A stretch of 32,767 nucleotides of DNA from Candidatus Wolfebacteria bacterium (GTDB lineage Bacteria; Patescibacteriota; Minisyncoccia; UBA6257; JAGOQP01). The position numbers were made by a program, and so were the translations under genes. Positions 1-8,257 of this stretch are shown in pieces; position 1 is the stretch's first letter; the number at the start of each line of letters is the position of its first letter. The stretch is taken from the NCBI GenBank assembly GCA_027350645.1, contig DAIEKJ010000003.1:1-32767 (forward strand). The letters run 5' to 3'. A model generated the notes under the pieces. It searched no databases and was not told the origin of the DNA. It saw only the letters and a program-made list of their open reading frames with translations.

Positions 1-149
1 GTGGCTTTTATGTTCCAACCCAGGAAATTGTAAAGATAGAACCTTGCGATGCCCATATATTCATGTAGAGCAACATCAGTCAGCGTAAAATTATAACCTA
101 ATGGCACGCGAAAAATTTTTGCTGGAATAAATCTTGGTAAATAGTTTAT

Positions 150-632
150 ATGAATGACTTGGATTTACAAAAACAAAATTTGTTAATGGAAACACAAAGA
201 TGTGCTGAACTTTTTAATTCTCAAGTATTCACTCAAAATCAAACTTTTACTCAATCTGCTTTTATTGAAATCTTGGTTCGTCTAAATTATATCCTTCAAG
301 AATTGAGTACAAAGAATAGCAGAATAACTTGGACGGACAGTGTTCAGATAGATCAAAATATCAAAGATATTACAGATTTGATAAATAATTTGCGAAACGC
401 CGCTTGCCATAGCGATAGTCCAAGAAATTATATTGGCAATTCAAACATAAAATTTATTTTCAACACTTTTGTTGGAAGATGCCCAAATGCGGTAAAAATT
501 GGAGAAAATATTTCGTTAGGCAATGAATATCAGAACGACATAGCGTTTTATTACGGAGATAAAAAAATTTATCTGGTTAGGCATATTAAAAGATTGTTGG
601 AAGAGTTGCCTAACGAAATTAACAAGTTATAA
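150..632 (+). CDS. Hypothetical protein with HEPN-like RxxxxH motif (possible RNase toxin/defence protein)
   Basis: 160-aa ORF, visibly much more AT-rich than the rest of the window. Helical-looking sequence with 'DLINNLRNAACH' (R-x4-H). Confidence 0.5.
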   Translation: MNDLDLQKQNLLMETQRCAELFNSQVFTQNQTFTQSAFIEILVRLNYILQELSTKNSRITWTDSVQIDQNIKDITDLINNLRNAACHSDSPRNYIGNSNIKFIFNTFVGRCPNAVKIGENISLGNEYQNDIAFYYGDKKIYLVRHIKRLLEELPNEINKL

Positions 633-639
633 TAAATTA

Positions 640-793
640 AGCGGCGCGCCAATTTCGTTGGCAGAAAAAATTGTGGAGGCGAAAGCGGGGGTGAGCAACC
701 CCTCAACCCCCTTCCTTTCTGCCGCGCGAAGCGCGGCAATCAGTCGAGGTTCTGCTCAAAACGAGTTTTGATTTTTTCAAACAAAACCACCAC
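640..793. mobile_element. Probable right boundary of an accessory island
   Basis: Abrupt AT-to-GC switch at ~640. Hairpin gccgcgc-gaa-gcgcggc at 721-737. Minus strand 793-740 reads VVVLFEKIKTRFEQNLD*, which resembles C-termini of CPR serine recombinases (recalled, not verified). Confidence 0.3.
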
Positions 794-796
794 AAT

Positions 797-820
797 AAAA
801 TACCCCGTACGGGGTATTTT
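797..820. terminator. Intrinsic (bidirectional-type) terminator downstream of the FMN reductase
   Basis: Perfect palindrome aaaataccccgtacggggtatttt between convergent genes. Confidence 0.75.
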
Positions 821-826
821 AAAAAA

Positions 827-1384
827 CTATTTTTCAAATTTTCTCACCCACTCCGCAAACGCCACGAGAAATTCCTTGACTTTTTTCTGCGTCGATTCAT
901 CAATTAGTTCCCCCGCTTCGCTGAATTTTTCATGCGCGGCGGCAACCATCACCTCCGGATGATTCATGACGTACATATTGGGACCCACCAAAATCTGCCG
1001 CAGATGATATTGCGCCCGCGCGCCGCCCAGGGACCCCATGGAAACACTCATAATGCCCGCCGGCTTGCCGTTTAAACTGTTTTTTCCGTATGGGCGCGTC
1101 GCCCAATCGATCGCGTTTTTAAGAACGCCGGGAATCGAGTAGTTGTATTCGGGCGTCACAAAAAGAACGCCGTCCGCTTTTTCTATTTTTTCCTTCAGCG
1201 CGCCAACGTGGGCGGGCACGCTCTGCTCGTCATCTTGGTTAAACAACGGCAACAACCCGATGTCGGCAATTTCTATCTCCAGACCGTGCTGGACTCCGTA
1301 ATGCTTGGCCGCGCGCAAAAGACTCGTATTGTACGATTTTTCGCGCAGGCTTCCCGAAAGACCGACAATGCGCAAGGTATTCAT
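827..1384 (-). CDS. NAD(P)H-dependent FMN reductase (ChrR/SsuE-type flavodoxin fold)
   Basis: Motifs GSLREKSYN, TPEYNYSIPGVLKNAIDW, GGARAQYHLRQ. Confidence 0.92.
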   Translation of the reverse strand: MNTLRIVGLSGSLREKSYNTSLLRAAKHYGVQHGLEIEIADIGLLPLFNQDDEQSVPAHVGALKEKIEKADGVLFVTPEYNYSIPGVLKNAIDWATRPYGKNSLNGKPAGIMSVSMGSLGGARAQYHLRQILVGPNMYVMNHPEVMVAAAHEKFSEAGELIDESTQKKVKEFLVAFAEWVRKFEK

Positions 1385-1390
1385 GATGGT

Positions 1391-1418
1391 AGTATATATC
1401 TTACTGGTATGCTATACT
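1391..1418. promoter_or_regulatory. Divergent -10 elements for the FMN reductase (minus) and DoxX (plus)
   Basis: Minus-strand TATACT at 1396-1391, 6 nt before the ATG. Plus-strand extended -10 TGcTATACT at 1410-1418. Confidence 0.55.
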
Positions 1419-1472
1419 AGTACGCGTCGAGACGGTTTTTCCATTCACTAATCTAGTTTACTCTACACACGT

Positions 1473-1871
1473 ATGGGATCGGCAAATGTGCTTTTTCTTA
1501 TTGGTCGGATTATTTTCGGCATCTATTGGCTGATAAGCGCCGGAGGTCATCTTTTTTTTAACCGCGCCGCATTAAAAGGATACGCGCGATCAAAACGTGT
1601 CCCGGCTCCGGGGATTGCAATCGGCATCACCGGAATCCTGCTTTTGTTTGGCGGAGCCGGCATTCTCTTGGGCGTCTACACCACATGGGCAATCGGAGCG
1701 CTGATTCTATTCCTTCTACCGGTAACGCTGACCATGCACAACTTTTGGATCGACAGAGACGCCGCATCACGCACCAGCAATATGATGAACTTTTCGAAAA
1801 ACATGGCGCTTCTTGCCGCGCTGCTGATGCTGTTGGCTATCCCTACCCCCTGGCCGTTTGCGCTTTTCTAA
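1473..1871 (+). CDS. DoxX family membrane protein
   Basis: Four hydrophobic segments; LIGRI, 'MHNFW' and 'NFSKNMAL' motifs typical of DoxX/SURF4. Confidence 0.85.
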   Translation: MGSANVLFLIGRIIFGIYWLISAGGHLFFNRAALKGYARSKRVPAPGIAIGITGILLLFGGAGILLGVYTTWAIGALILFLLPVTLTMHNFWIDRDAASRTSNMMNFSKNMALLAALLMLLAIPTPWPFALF

Positions 1872-1915
1872 AAACGGACGTATTCGCTTTTTAACCCTCG
1901 CCTACACCAACCTCC

Positions 1916-2926
1916 ATGCTTACCGAAGAACGACGAGCCATGGCCGCAATCGCCAGAGCGCTTCCCGCGGTCGTTTCCATCAGTCCCCAATCAAAAAACG
2001 CCCCCGATAAGAAAATATCGGCGCGCGCCGCATCGCTGTTGTCGGGCGCCGTCCGCGTTCCGCAAACCCGCCAAACAGAGGGCGGATCAGGATTTATTGT
2101 TGACCGCACCGGCATTGTCGTTACCAACATCCACGTCATCGATCCGGGAGAACGGGAATACACCATCACCACCAACGACCGGACCTCGTATCGCGCGACG
2201 GTTATTTCAACCGATGCCATCCACGACATTGCGTTCCTGCGCATCGAAAATCCAGGGAAGATCACCGCGCTCCCGTCGGGAGATTCGTCAAAACTAAAGC
2301 TAGGACAGTCGGTTCTGGCCATCGGCAATGTCTTAGGGCTCTTTCAAAACACCGTGTCATCGGGCATCGTATCGGGACTATTGCGAAATGTAAATGCGCG
2401 TAATGAAATGATCCAGGAAGAACTCCGCGGGCTCATCCAAACGGATGCGGCGATTAATCCGGGAAATTCGGGCGGGCCCCTCATAACGTTGGACGGCAAA
2501 GCAATCGGCATTAATTCAGCCAGCGTTGCTCATGCCGAGAACATCGGCTTTGCCATCCCCATCAACACCATCAAGAAGGATCTGGTTACTCTAAAAAAAT
2601 ACGGCGCCATCGCGCGGGCATTTCTGGGAGTCCGTTATGTTATGCTCGACGACTATACGCGTCAGATCGTCCACGCGGCGCGCCAGACAGGCGCGTGCGT
2701 CATTTCCCCGACCCCGCATCTTAAGGCCGTTATCCCCGGCAGTCCGGCCGACAAGGCGGGACTGCGCGCCGGCGACGTTATTTGCCGAGCAAACGACATC
2801 CCCCTGACCACCGAATTCACCCTTCAAGATTTTCTCGATTCATTCACCAAAGAAACGGAAGTGCGGCTCACAGTTGACCGCGATGGACGCGAAAAAACCA
2901 TCGCCGTTCTGCTAACAATCGTCTAG
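1916..2926 (+). CDS. htrA: HtrA/DegP-family trypsin-like serine protease with one PDZ domain
   Basis: GSGFIV, TNIHV (His), HDIA (Asp), IQTDAAINPGNSGGPL (Ser); PDZ motifs FLGV and GSPADKAGLRAGDVI. Confidence 0.9.
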   Translation: MLTEERRAMAAIARALPAVVSISPQSKNAPDKKISARAASLLSGAVRVPQTRQTEGGSGFIVDRTGIVVTNIHVIDPGEREYTITTNDRTSYRATVISTDAIHDIAFLRIENPGKITALPSGDSSKLKLGQSVLAIGNVLGLFQNTVSSGIVSGLLRNVNARNEMIQEELRGLIQTDAAINPGNSGGPLITLDGKAIGINSASVAHAENIGFAIPINTIKKDLVTLKKYGAIARAFLGVRYVMLDDYTRQIVHAARQTGACVISPTPHLKAVIPGSPADKAGLRAGDVICRANDIPLTTEFTLQDFLDSFTKETEVRLTVDRDGREKTIAVLLTIV

Positions 2927-2928
2927 GA

Positions 2929-3053
2929 ACGCCTGGCTCAAAAATCGCCTCAGCGAACCGAGGAAAAATACCCCCAATATGGGGGCGCGTTTTCGTGCGG
3001 GTGCGACGAGTCAAAACTCATCGCCGCCACCGTCTTTACCGCAAACCAGGCGC
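2929..3053 (-). ncRNA. Candidate structured RNA (closing stem plus three hairpins)
   Basis: Closing stem 3053-3044 with 2938-2929; hairpins 3003-3024, 2971-2985 and 2948-2963 (UUCG loop). The non-canonical pairs are G-U only on the minus strand. Confidence 0.4.
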
Positions 3054-3099
3054 ACACAACAAAGAGCGTTATGAGCGCTATTCGTTTAGCAACATCCAC
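2950..3099 (-). CDS. Possible 49-aa small membrane/secreted protein
   Basis: GTG start 4 nt after the leuS stop. MDVAKRIALITLFVVCAWFAVKTVAAMSFDSSHPHENAPPYWGYFSSVR: basic residues followed by a hydrophobic stretch. Confidence 0.3.
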   Translation of the reverse strand: MDVAKRIALITLFVVCAWFAVKTVAAMSFDSSHPHENAPPYWGYFSSVR

Positions 3100-3103
3100 A
3101 GTC

Positions 3104-5668
3104 CTATCCGCACATAATATTAATAATTCTATCGGGAACGAACACCACGCGCGTTACAACCTTTCCGCTGATATGGGGCGCCAACCGAGGATCGGCGCTC
3201 ACCGCGGCGAGCGCATCATCGCGTGACGCATTGGCCGGCACGGTTATCGTTCCCCGCATCTTGCCATTGACTTGCACCGCGATGGCAACCATTTCCTGGG
3301 CTATGTATCGCTCCGCATACACCGGCCACGCGTGCCGGCCAAGTGATTTTTTATTTTTTAGAACCCCCCGCCATATCTCTTCGGTCATAAACGGCGCAAA
3401 GGGAAACACCAACGCAAGAAACGTCTCAAACGCCCGGAGCGGAACTGAGTCGAGCGTCTCGTCCATGCGCCGCGACAAAATCATCAGCGCGCTGATAGCA
3501 GTGTTGAACCGGAACGCTTCAATGTCTTGCGTGACTTTTTTAATCGTGCGATGCAAGGCGCCGGTAAATTCTTGATTGGGTGCCGGTTTTTTTCGTCCGG
3601 TTTTTTTCGCAAATTGCTGCCCCATCGCCCATATCCGCTCCAGGAAACGAACAATGCCAATGATGCCTTTTTCATCCCACGGCTTGGCATCTTCAAGCGG
3701 CCCCATAAACATTTCGTACATGCGCAGAGCGTCGGCGCCGTATTTCTTAACGATGTCGTCCGGATTGACCACATTCCCGCGGGATTTTGACATTTTCTCA
3801 CCATCGGACCCAAGGACAATCCCCTGGTTTACCAGCCGGTAAAACGGTTCTGGCGCATGAACGATTTTTTCGTCATACAAAACCTTGTGCCAAAAACGCG
3901 CGTAGAGGAGATGAAGGACCGCATGTTCAACGCCGCCGATATATACGGAGACCGGGATCCATTCTTTTTCCTTTTTTGGATCAATCAACGCGTGGCGGTT
4001 TTTTGGATCGATATAGCGCAGATAGTACCAGCACGAGCCGGCCCACTGCGGCATGGTATCCGTTTCCCGCCGTGCCGGACCGCCGCACCGCGGACAACGC
4101 GTGTGAACCCACCCAGGCACCGCCGAGAGCGGCGACTGCAGAGTTCCGGTCGGTTCGTAGCGTTTGACATTGGGTAATGTCAGCGGCAGATCTTTTTCAT
4201 CCAAGGGAACCCACCCTGGATTGAGCGCTTCACCCTTGCTAAGATTTTTAATCTTTGATTTTTCCTGCCCGCCGGTAGGCGAGGGATTTTTTATTTTATC
4301 GGCGCAGTGCTGGCAAAACACCAACGGGATCGGCTCGCCCCAGTAACGCTGGCGCGAAAAAACCCAGTCCCGCATTTTATACTGCGTATGCGCTTTGCCG
4401 TCCACCATGCGGACAATATCCCCAGCGGCATCATGGGCCTGCTTTCCATCCATCGAACCGGAATGAATCAGCACGCCGTTACCGGTATATGGGAGCACCA
4501 TGGAATCGGTTTTTCCGTCCGGACTAACAACGGGAACGACAGGCAAGTGATGTTTTTTTGCAAAATCAAAATCGCGCTCATCGTGGGCGGGCACGGCCAT
4601 AATGGCCCCGTATCCGTAGTGTATCAGAACATAATCAGCGACATACACCGGTATCTTTTTGTTTGTTGCCGGATTGATATACCAAACGCCGCCCAAAAGA
4701 ACGCCTGTTTTTTCTTTCCCCTGCGCGATCCGCTCTTCGTCCGATTTGTTGCGCGCCGCGCGAAGGTAGGCATCAACTTCCCTGCGATTAGTCAGCTGGT
4801 TCCCCACTGCCTCAATGAGCGGGTGCTCGGGCGCGACGACAAGATACGTCGCCCCGTAGATCGTGTCGGGACGGGTCGTAAAGACACGAAGAGGGTTGGC
4901 CTTGGAAATTATTTTTTTATTTTCGGAGAGGCGCGCGTACGCTTGGCGGTCGGCTCCTTGGGGCAAAAAATCGATGACCACCCCCTCGGACCGCCCAATC
5001 CAATTCCGTTGCATCGTTTTTACTTTTTCAGGCCAGGCAATGCCGTCCAGATCCTCAAGCAAGCGATCGGCATAGGCTGTTATTTTAAGCATCCACTGCG
5101 TCAGATTTTTGCGCTCAACCGGCGTCCCGCACCGATCGCACTTACCACCAACCACCTCTTCGTCGGCCAATACCGTTTTGCACGACGGGCACCAATTGAC
5201 CGGCATTTCCTTTTGGTATGCCAATCCCCGCTTGAACAGCTTTAAGAAAATCCACTGCGTCCACCGGTAATATTCCGGATCGGTCGTGTTGATTTCCCGC
5301 GACCAGTCGTACGAAAACCCCAAGCTGTTGATCTGGCGCTTGAAATTAGCGACATTCTTTTTGACCACGATCCGAGGACTTGTTTTTGTTTTGATCGCGT
5401 AGTTTTCGGCAGGAAGCCCGAACGCATCCCATCCCATCGGATGGAGCACGGCATAGTCGCGCATGCGATAATAGCGCGCGATAATATCTGAGGCGGTATA
5501 GCTTTCCACATGTCCAACGTGCAGTCCCTGACCGGAGGGATACGGAAACATATCCAACACGTACAGTTTTCGTTTGCCTTTGACAGCCGAGGGAACAAAG
5601 AATTGTTTTTCTTTCTCCCACGTTTTTTGCCATTTCCGCTCGGCGGCGGCTGATGAGTATCGTTTCAT
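3104..5668 (-). CDS. leuS: Leucine--tRNA ligase
   Basis: MFPYPSGQGLHVGH (HIGH), GWDAFGLPAEN, FTTRPDT, AVPAHDERD, SRQRYWGEPIP, KMSKS. Start placed at MKRYSS (ATG 5668), with TATACT at 5688-5683. Confidence 0.97.
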   Translation of the reverse strand: MKRYSSAAAERKWQKTWEKEKQFFVPSAVKGKRKLYVLDMFPYPSGQGLHVGHVESYTASDIIARYYRMRDYAVLHPMGWDAFGLPAENYAIKTKTSPRIVVKKNVANFKRQINSLGFSYDWSREINTTDPEYYRWTQWIFLKLFKRGLAYQKEMPVNWCPSCKTVLADEEVVGGKCDRCGTPVERKNLTQWMLKITAYADRLLEDLDGIAWPEKVKTMQRNWIGRSEGVVIDFLPQGADRQAYARLSENKKIISKANPLRVFTTRPDTIYGATYLVVAPEHPLIEAVGNQLTNRREVDAYLRAARNKSDEERIAQGKEKTGVLLGGVWYINPATNKKIPVYVADYVLIHYGYGAIMAVPAHDERDFDFAKKHHLPVVPVVSPDGKTDSMVLPYTGNGVLIHSGSMDGKQAHDAAGDIVRMVDGKAHTQYKMRDWVFSRQRYWGEPIPLVFCQHCADKIKNPSPTGGQEKSKIKNLSKGEALNPGWVPLDEKDLPLTLPNVKRYEPTGTLQSPLSAVPGWVHTRCPRCGGPARRETDTMPQWAGSCWYYLRYIDPKNRHALIDPKKEKEWIPVSVYIGGVEHAVLHLLYARFWHKVLYDEKIVHAPEPFYRLVNQGIVLGSDGEKMSKSRGNVVNPDDIVKKYGADALRMYEMFMGPLEDAKPWDEKGIIGIVRFLERIWAMGQQFAKKTGRKKPAPNQEFTGALHRTIKKVTQDIEAFRFNTAISALMILSRRMDETLDSVPLRAFETFLALVFPFAPFMTEEIWRGVLKNKKSLGRHAWPVYAERYIAQEMVAIAVQVNGKMRGTITVPANASRDDALAAVSADPRLAPHISGKVVTRVVFVPDRIINIMCG
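4243..4298. repeat. In-frame palindrome plus A-rich heptamer-like repeats inside leuS
   Basis: cctgcccgccggtaggcgagg (4264-4284) flanked by minus-strand aaaaatc/aaagatt/aaaaatc units; encodes KIKNPSPTGGQEKSKIKN. Confidence 0.55.
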
Positions 5669-5731
5669 AATAGGTGTCTGCCAGTATACACAGAAAACCG
5701 CCGCGCTCAAAGACGGCGCGGGCAACGGTGA

Positions 5732-7258
5732 TTAAGGAATCTGCCGCAACACGATGTTGACGTCGAAATAGACGTTAGTAGTCGATTGCGTCACGCTTCC
5801 CAAGGGAATATCGGCCGAAGCGATGTAAGGAGAACCCAGCAGCAATGTTTTGAAGTTAATCTCCGCCGCTTCGCTTGCCGCTTGCGCCTCGATGACCACC
5901 GGCACGCTTTTGGACTGTATCCACACGCGCTGTATCCTAACTCCCGTGGCGCCGGCCCGATTTTCAATATCATCGATCAACGCCATCCAATGCACCTGCG
6001 CCGAGCGTATTTCCAAAGCCCCGCTCACATTTTTATTAAATTGCTCCGCCTCGTTTTGAAGAGCGGCCAGCTGAGCGCCATTCGCGCCGCCCTGCATCGC
6101 CGCCACTTCCTGCAAAGCCGACGTTGCCAGCGAGTTCAAAAACATATACGACCCCAAAAGCACCCCGATAACAACAACAGAAACCACGACCGCGATGTTA
6201 CGCCAGAGAGAAATAAAAGCCAGAACCTGGGAGTGGAAATACTGCGTTTGAGCTCCCTGAGGCGTAAGAGTGATGCCTCTGTCGGCGCTGCGTGGAATAA
6301 GACCGCGCAACGCGGCCCCCAACGGAGCGGCCCACTCCTGCATCAGTTTGTAATCGCCTTGAAGCTGGGCAGGAAAAACCGGCATCGCAAACTGCTTGGC
6401 GATAATGTCCTGAACTTCCTGGGCAAGTCCCGGCGCGATCACATACACGGCCGCAATCGTGTCCTGGAAATGGTTGGTGTAAAAATTGAGCACGGGACGG
6501 ATCTCATCGGTAATAATTCCCTTGAATTGGGAAAATGATATTTCCCGCGCGCCGCTGGACAAATCAACGATGGACGGCCACGAAAGAGACCGGTTAAAGA
6601 AAAACACCCCGCCGCGCATAATGGAAAGCGACACCCCGTCGGAGGCGATGTGAATAAAACAATAGGATTTAGTCGAGTCAAACGACGGCACGTGCGTCGT
6701 CAGTCCGCGCACCAGCGAAACCGATTTCTGCTCTATGGCAACGGGATAAAAATGAGCCTTGCCCAGCGCCACCATTACATCATCAATGAGCTGCTTATTA
6801 ACAAACGACGCAAGGATGCTGGTCTCCATGCCATCGGACGCCAGAGGCGCGATGGGCTGCCAATCGGAATAGGCGCTGGAAAAATCAATCGGCGATATCG
6901 TTTGCATATTCAACCTGACCGCATCGGCGAAATCCTCCCCCTGAAGGCGCGGCAAGGAAAGCGTCTGCGTATAGACGAATGTGTCGGGAATCGACACGAC
7001 GACAGGAATTTTTTTGTCGGACCCGGCGGCAATGCCCGCATGGAGGCGCCCCAGCGCATCCACCAGCACCTGCGGCCGTGCGATCCGACCATCGGTAAAT
7101 AGTTGTTCGGGCGTACGCACCGACAACTGAAGAACATCCTTCCCGGCCATATGAAAACCGACAAAGGAAGCTCCCATGTCGCTGATTTCAAGCCCGCCAA
7201 TCGCAACGTGTGGCTTAAGAAGAGAAGAAAGGCTTACTATAAATGGCGGGATGCGCAT
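5732..7258 (-). CDS. pilM: Type IV pilus assembly protein: PilM-like actin-fold domain fused to a TM and a PilN-like domain
   Basis: N-terminal GGLEISD, 'AAPLGAALRG', 'ITLTP' (PilN INLLP-like) followed by a TM helix and a periplasmic-type domain; lies in the pilus cluster. Confidence 0.7.
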   Translation of the reverse strand: MRIPPFIVSLSSLLKPHVAIGGLEISDMGASFVGFHMAGKDVLQLSVRTPEQLFTDGRIARPQVLVDALGRLHAGIAAGSDKKIPVVVSIPDTFVYTQTLSLPRLQGEDFADAVRLNMQTISPIDFSSAYSDWQPIAPLASDGMETSILASFVNKQLIDDVMVALGKAHFYPVAIEQKSVSLVRGLTTHVPSFDSTKSYCFIHIASDGVSLSIMRGGVFFFNRSLSWPSIVDLSSGAREISFSQFKGIITDEIRPVLNFYTNHFQDTIAAVYVIAPGLAQEVQDIIAKQFAMPVFPAQLQGDYKLMQEWAAPLGAALRGLIPRSADRGITLTPQGAQTQYFHSQVLAFISLWRNIAVVVSVVVIGVLLGSYMFLNSLATSALQEVAAMQGGANGAQLAALQNEAEQFNKNVSGALEIRSAQVHWMALIDDIENRAGATGVRIQRVWIQSKSVPVVIEAQAASEAAEINFKTLLLGSPYIASADIPLGSVTQSTTNVYFDVNIVLRQIP

Positions 7259-7276
7259 ACCAGTAGATGATTGATG

Positions 7277-7720
7277 CTATATGGCGTTTTGGCTCAACGA
7301 CTGAAGAAATACGGCGCCCGAAAGAGAATCGACAGTTGCGGTTGCGGTTAATTCCACTTGCCGCGAGAGCCTCTGGCCGATAGAAACAATGGAAATGGTA
7401 TCGGGACTTCCCACTTCGGTTATGGTAACCGTTGCCGATGCGTTATCGATCGAGATACTGTAAGGCGACGGGCTGGTAAAAAGCGGATTGCGCGCCAGAC
7501 GCAGCATGGCATCAGAAATCCCCGAACGGGCGGCTGCGTATGCCTGCAATAAAAGCTGCTGATTCACTCCCTGTTCGCTGGAAAAATATGCCGTCAAAAG
7601 ACCCATAACCGCTATCTCCAGAACCAGAAACGAAACAAGCAGTATCATCGACAGAGCCACCGCTCCGCGCCGCAGGTCGTCTGAAAATCTTTTTTTTGCG
7701 GTTCTCATAATAATGCGCAT
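7277..7720 (-). CDS. PilX-like minor pilin
   Basis: Basic leader, RRG|AVALSMILLVSFLVL, and 'AYAAARSGISDAMLRL' (PilX N-terminal-like). Start at ATG 7720 or 7708. Confidence 0.7.
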   Translation of the reverse strand: MRIIMRTAKKRFSDDLRRGAVALSMILLVSFLVLEIAVMGLLTAYFSSEQGVNQQLLLQAYAAARSGISDAMLRLARNPLFTSPSPYSISIDNASATVTITEVGSPDTISIVSIGQRLSRQVELTATATVDSLSGAVFLQSLSQNAI

Positions 7721-7734
7721 CGCAGATAAGCTTT

Positions 7735-8193
7735 TTAGTAGCCGGCTGGAGAGACCGACGAAGCATTCGACGGCACCGCCGTTCCCTGGGGCGGAGATGC
7801 CAGCGGAAGATTTCCCAACGCCGGCGGTAAAGCGTCCGATGGAGTTTTGGCGGTCATCGCAGTGATAAGCGGGCTGTCGGGGGCGATATGCACCGTCCAC
7901 ACAATATGCTGGCGGTTAAGCTGAATATTCCCCGCCGGCTTCCACGATGCCTTCGAGAAATCGCTGATCGACACGTCTCCCTGTGGCGAATGCTGGACAT
8001 ACCACGCATCAGACAACGAAAGGGTTGGGAACGACGAAAGACGTCCAAAATACAGATCTCCCGTATCAAGATAAACCGCTGTCCACGATCCCCCGCCCGC
8101 GCCCGTGCTGTAAAACCATATCGCGCACCCGCCGGCTACCACCAGACCCGCGACGAAAACGACCGCAATAAACCGAATTATTTTTGTTTGCAT
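7735..8193 (-). CDS. Membrane-anchored hypothetical protein
   Basis: N-terminal TM helix, 'WTAVYLDTGDLYFGRL' beta-rich domain, Pro/Ser-rich tail. Upstream TTGCCT-17-TATACT at 8251-8223. Confidence 0.7.
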   Translation of the reverse strand: MQTKIIRFIAVVFVAGLVVAGGCAIWFYSTGAGGGSWTAVYLDTGDLYFGRLSSFPTLSLSDAWYVQHSPQGDVSISDFSKASWKPAGNIQLNRQHIVWTVHIAPDSPLITAMTAKTPSDALPPALGNLPLASPPQGTAVPSNASSVSPAGY

Positions 8194-8257
8194 AGAAATA
8201 AAAAATGAGCCAGCTTCCTGTTAGTATACCGCCCCGCGTCAAAAAAGGCAAAGAAAA

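Noticed and set aside
1-90. End of an upstream ORF
   Set aside because: Several short frames are open and none can be chosen from the sequence alone.
4307-5245. 312-aa plus-strand ORF and the many other antisense ORFs
   Set aside because: Antisense shadows of well-supported genes in GC-rich DNA, with no recognisable motifs.
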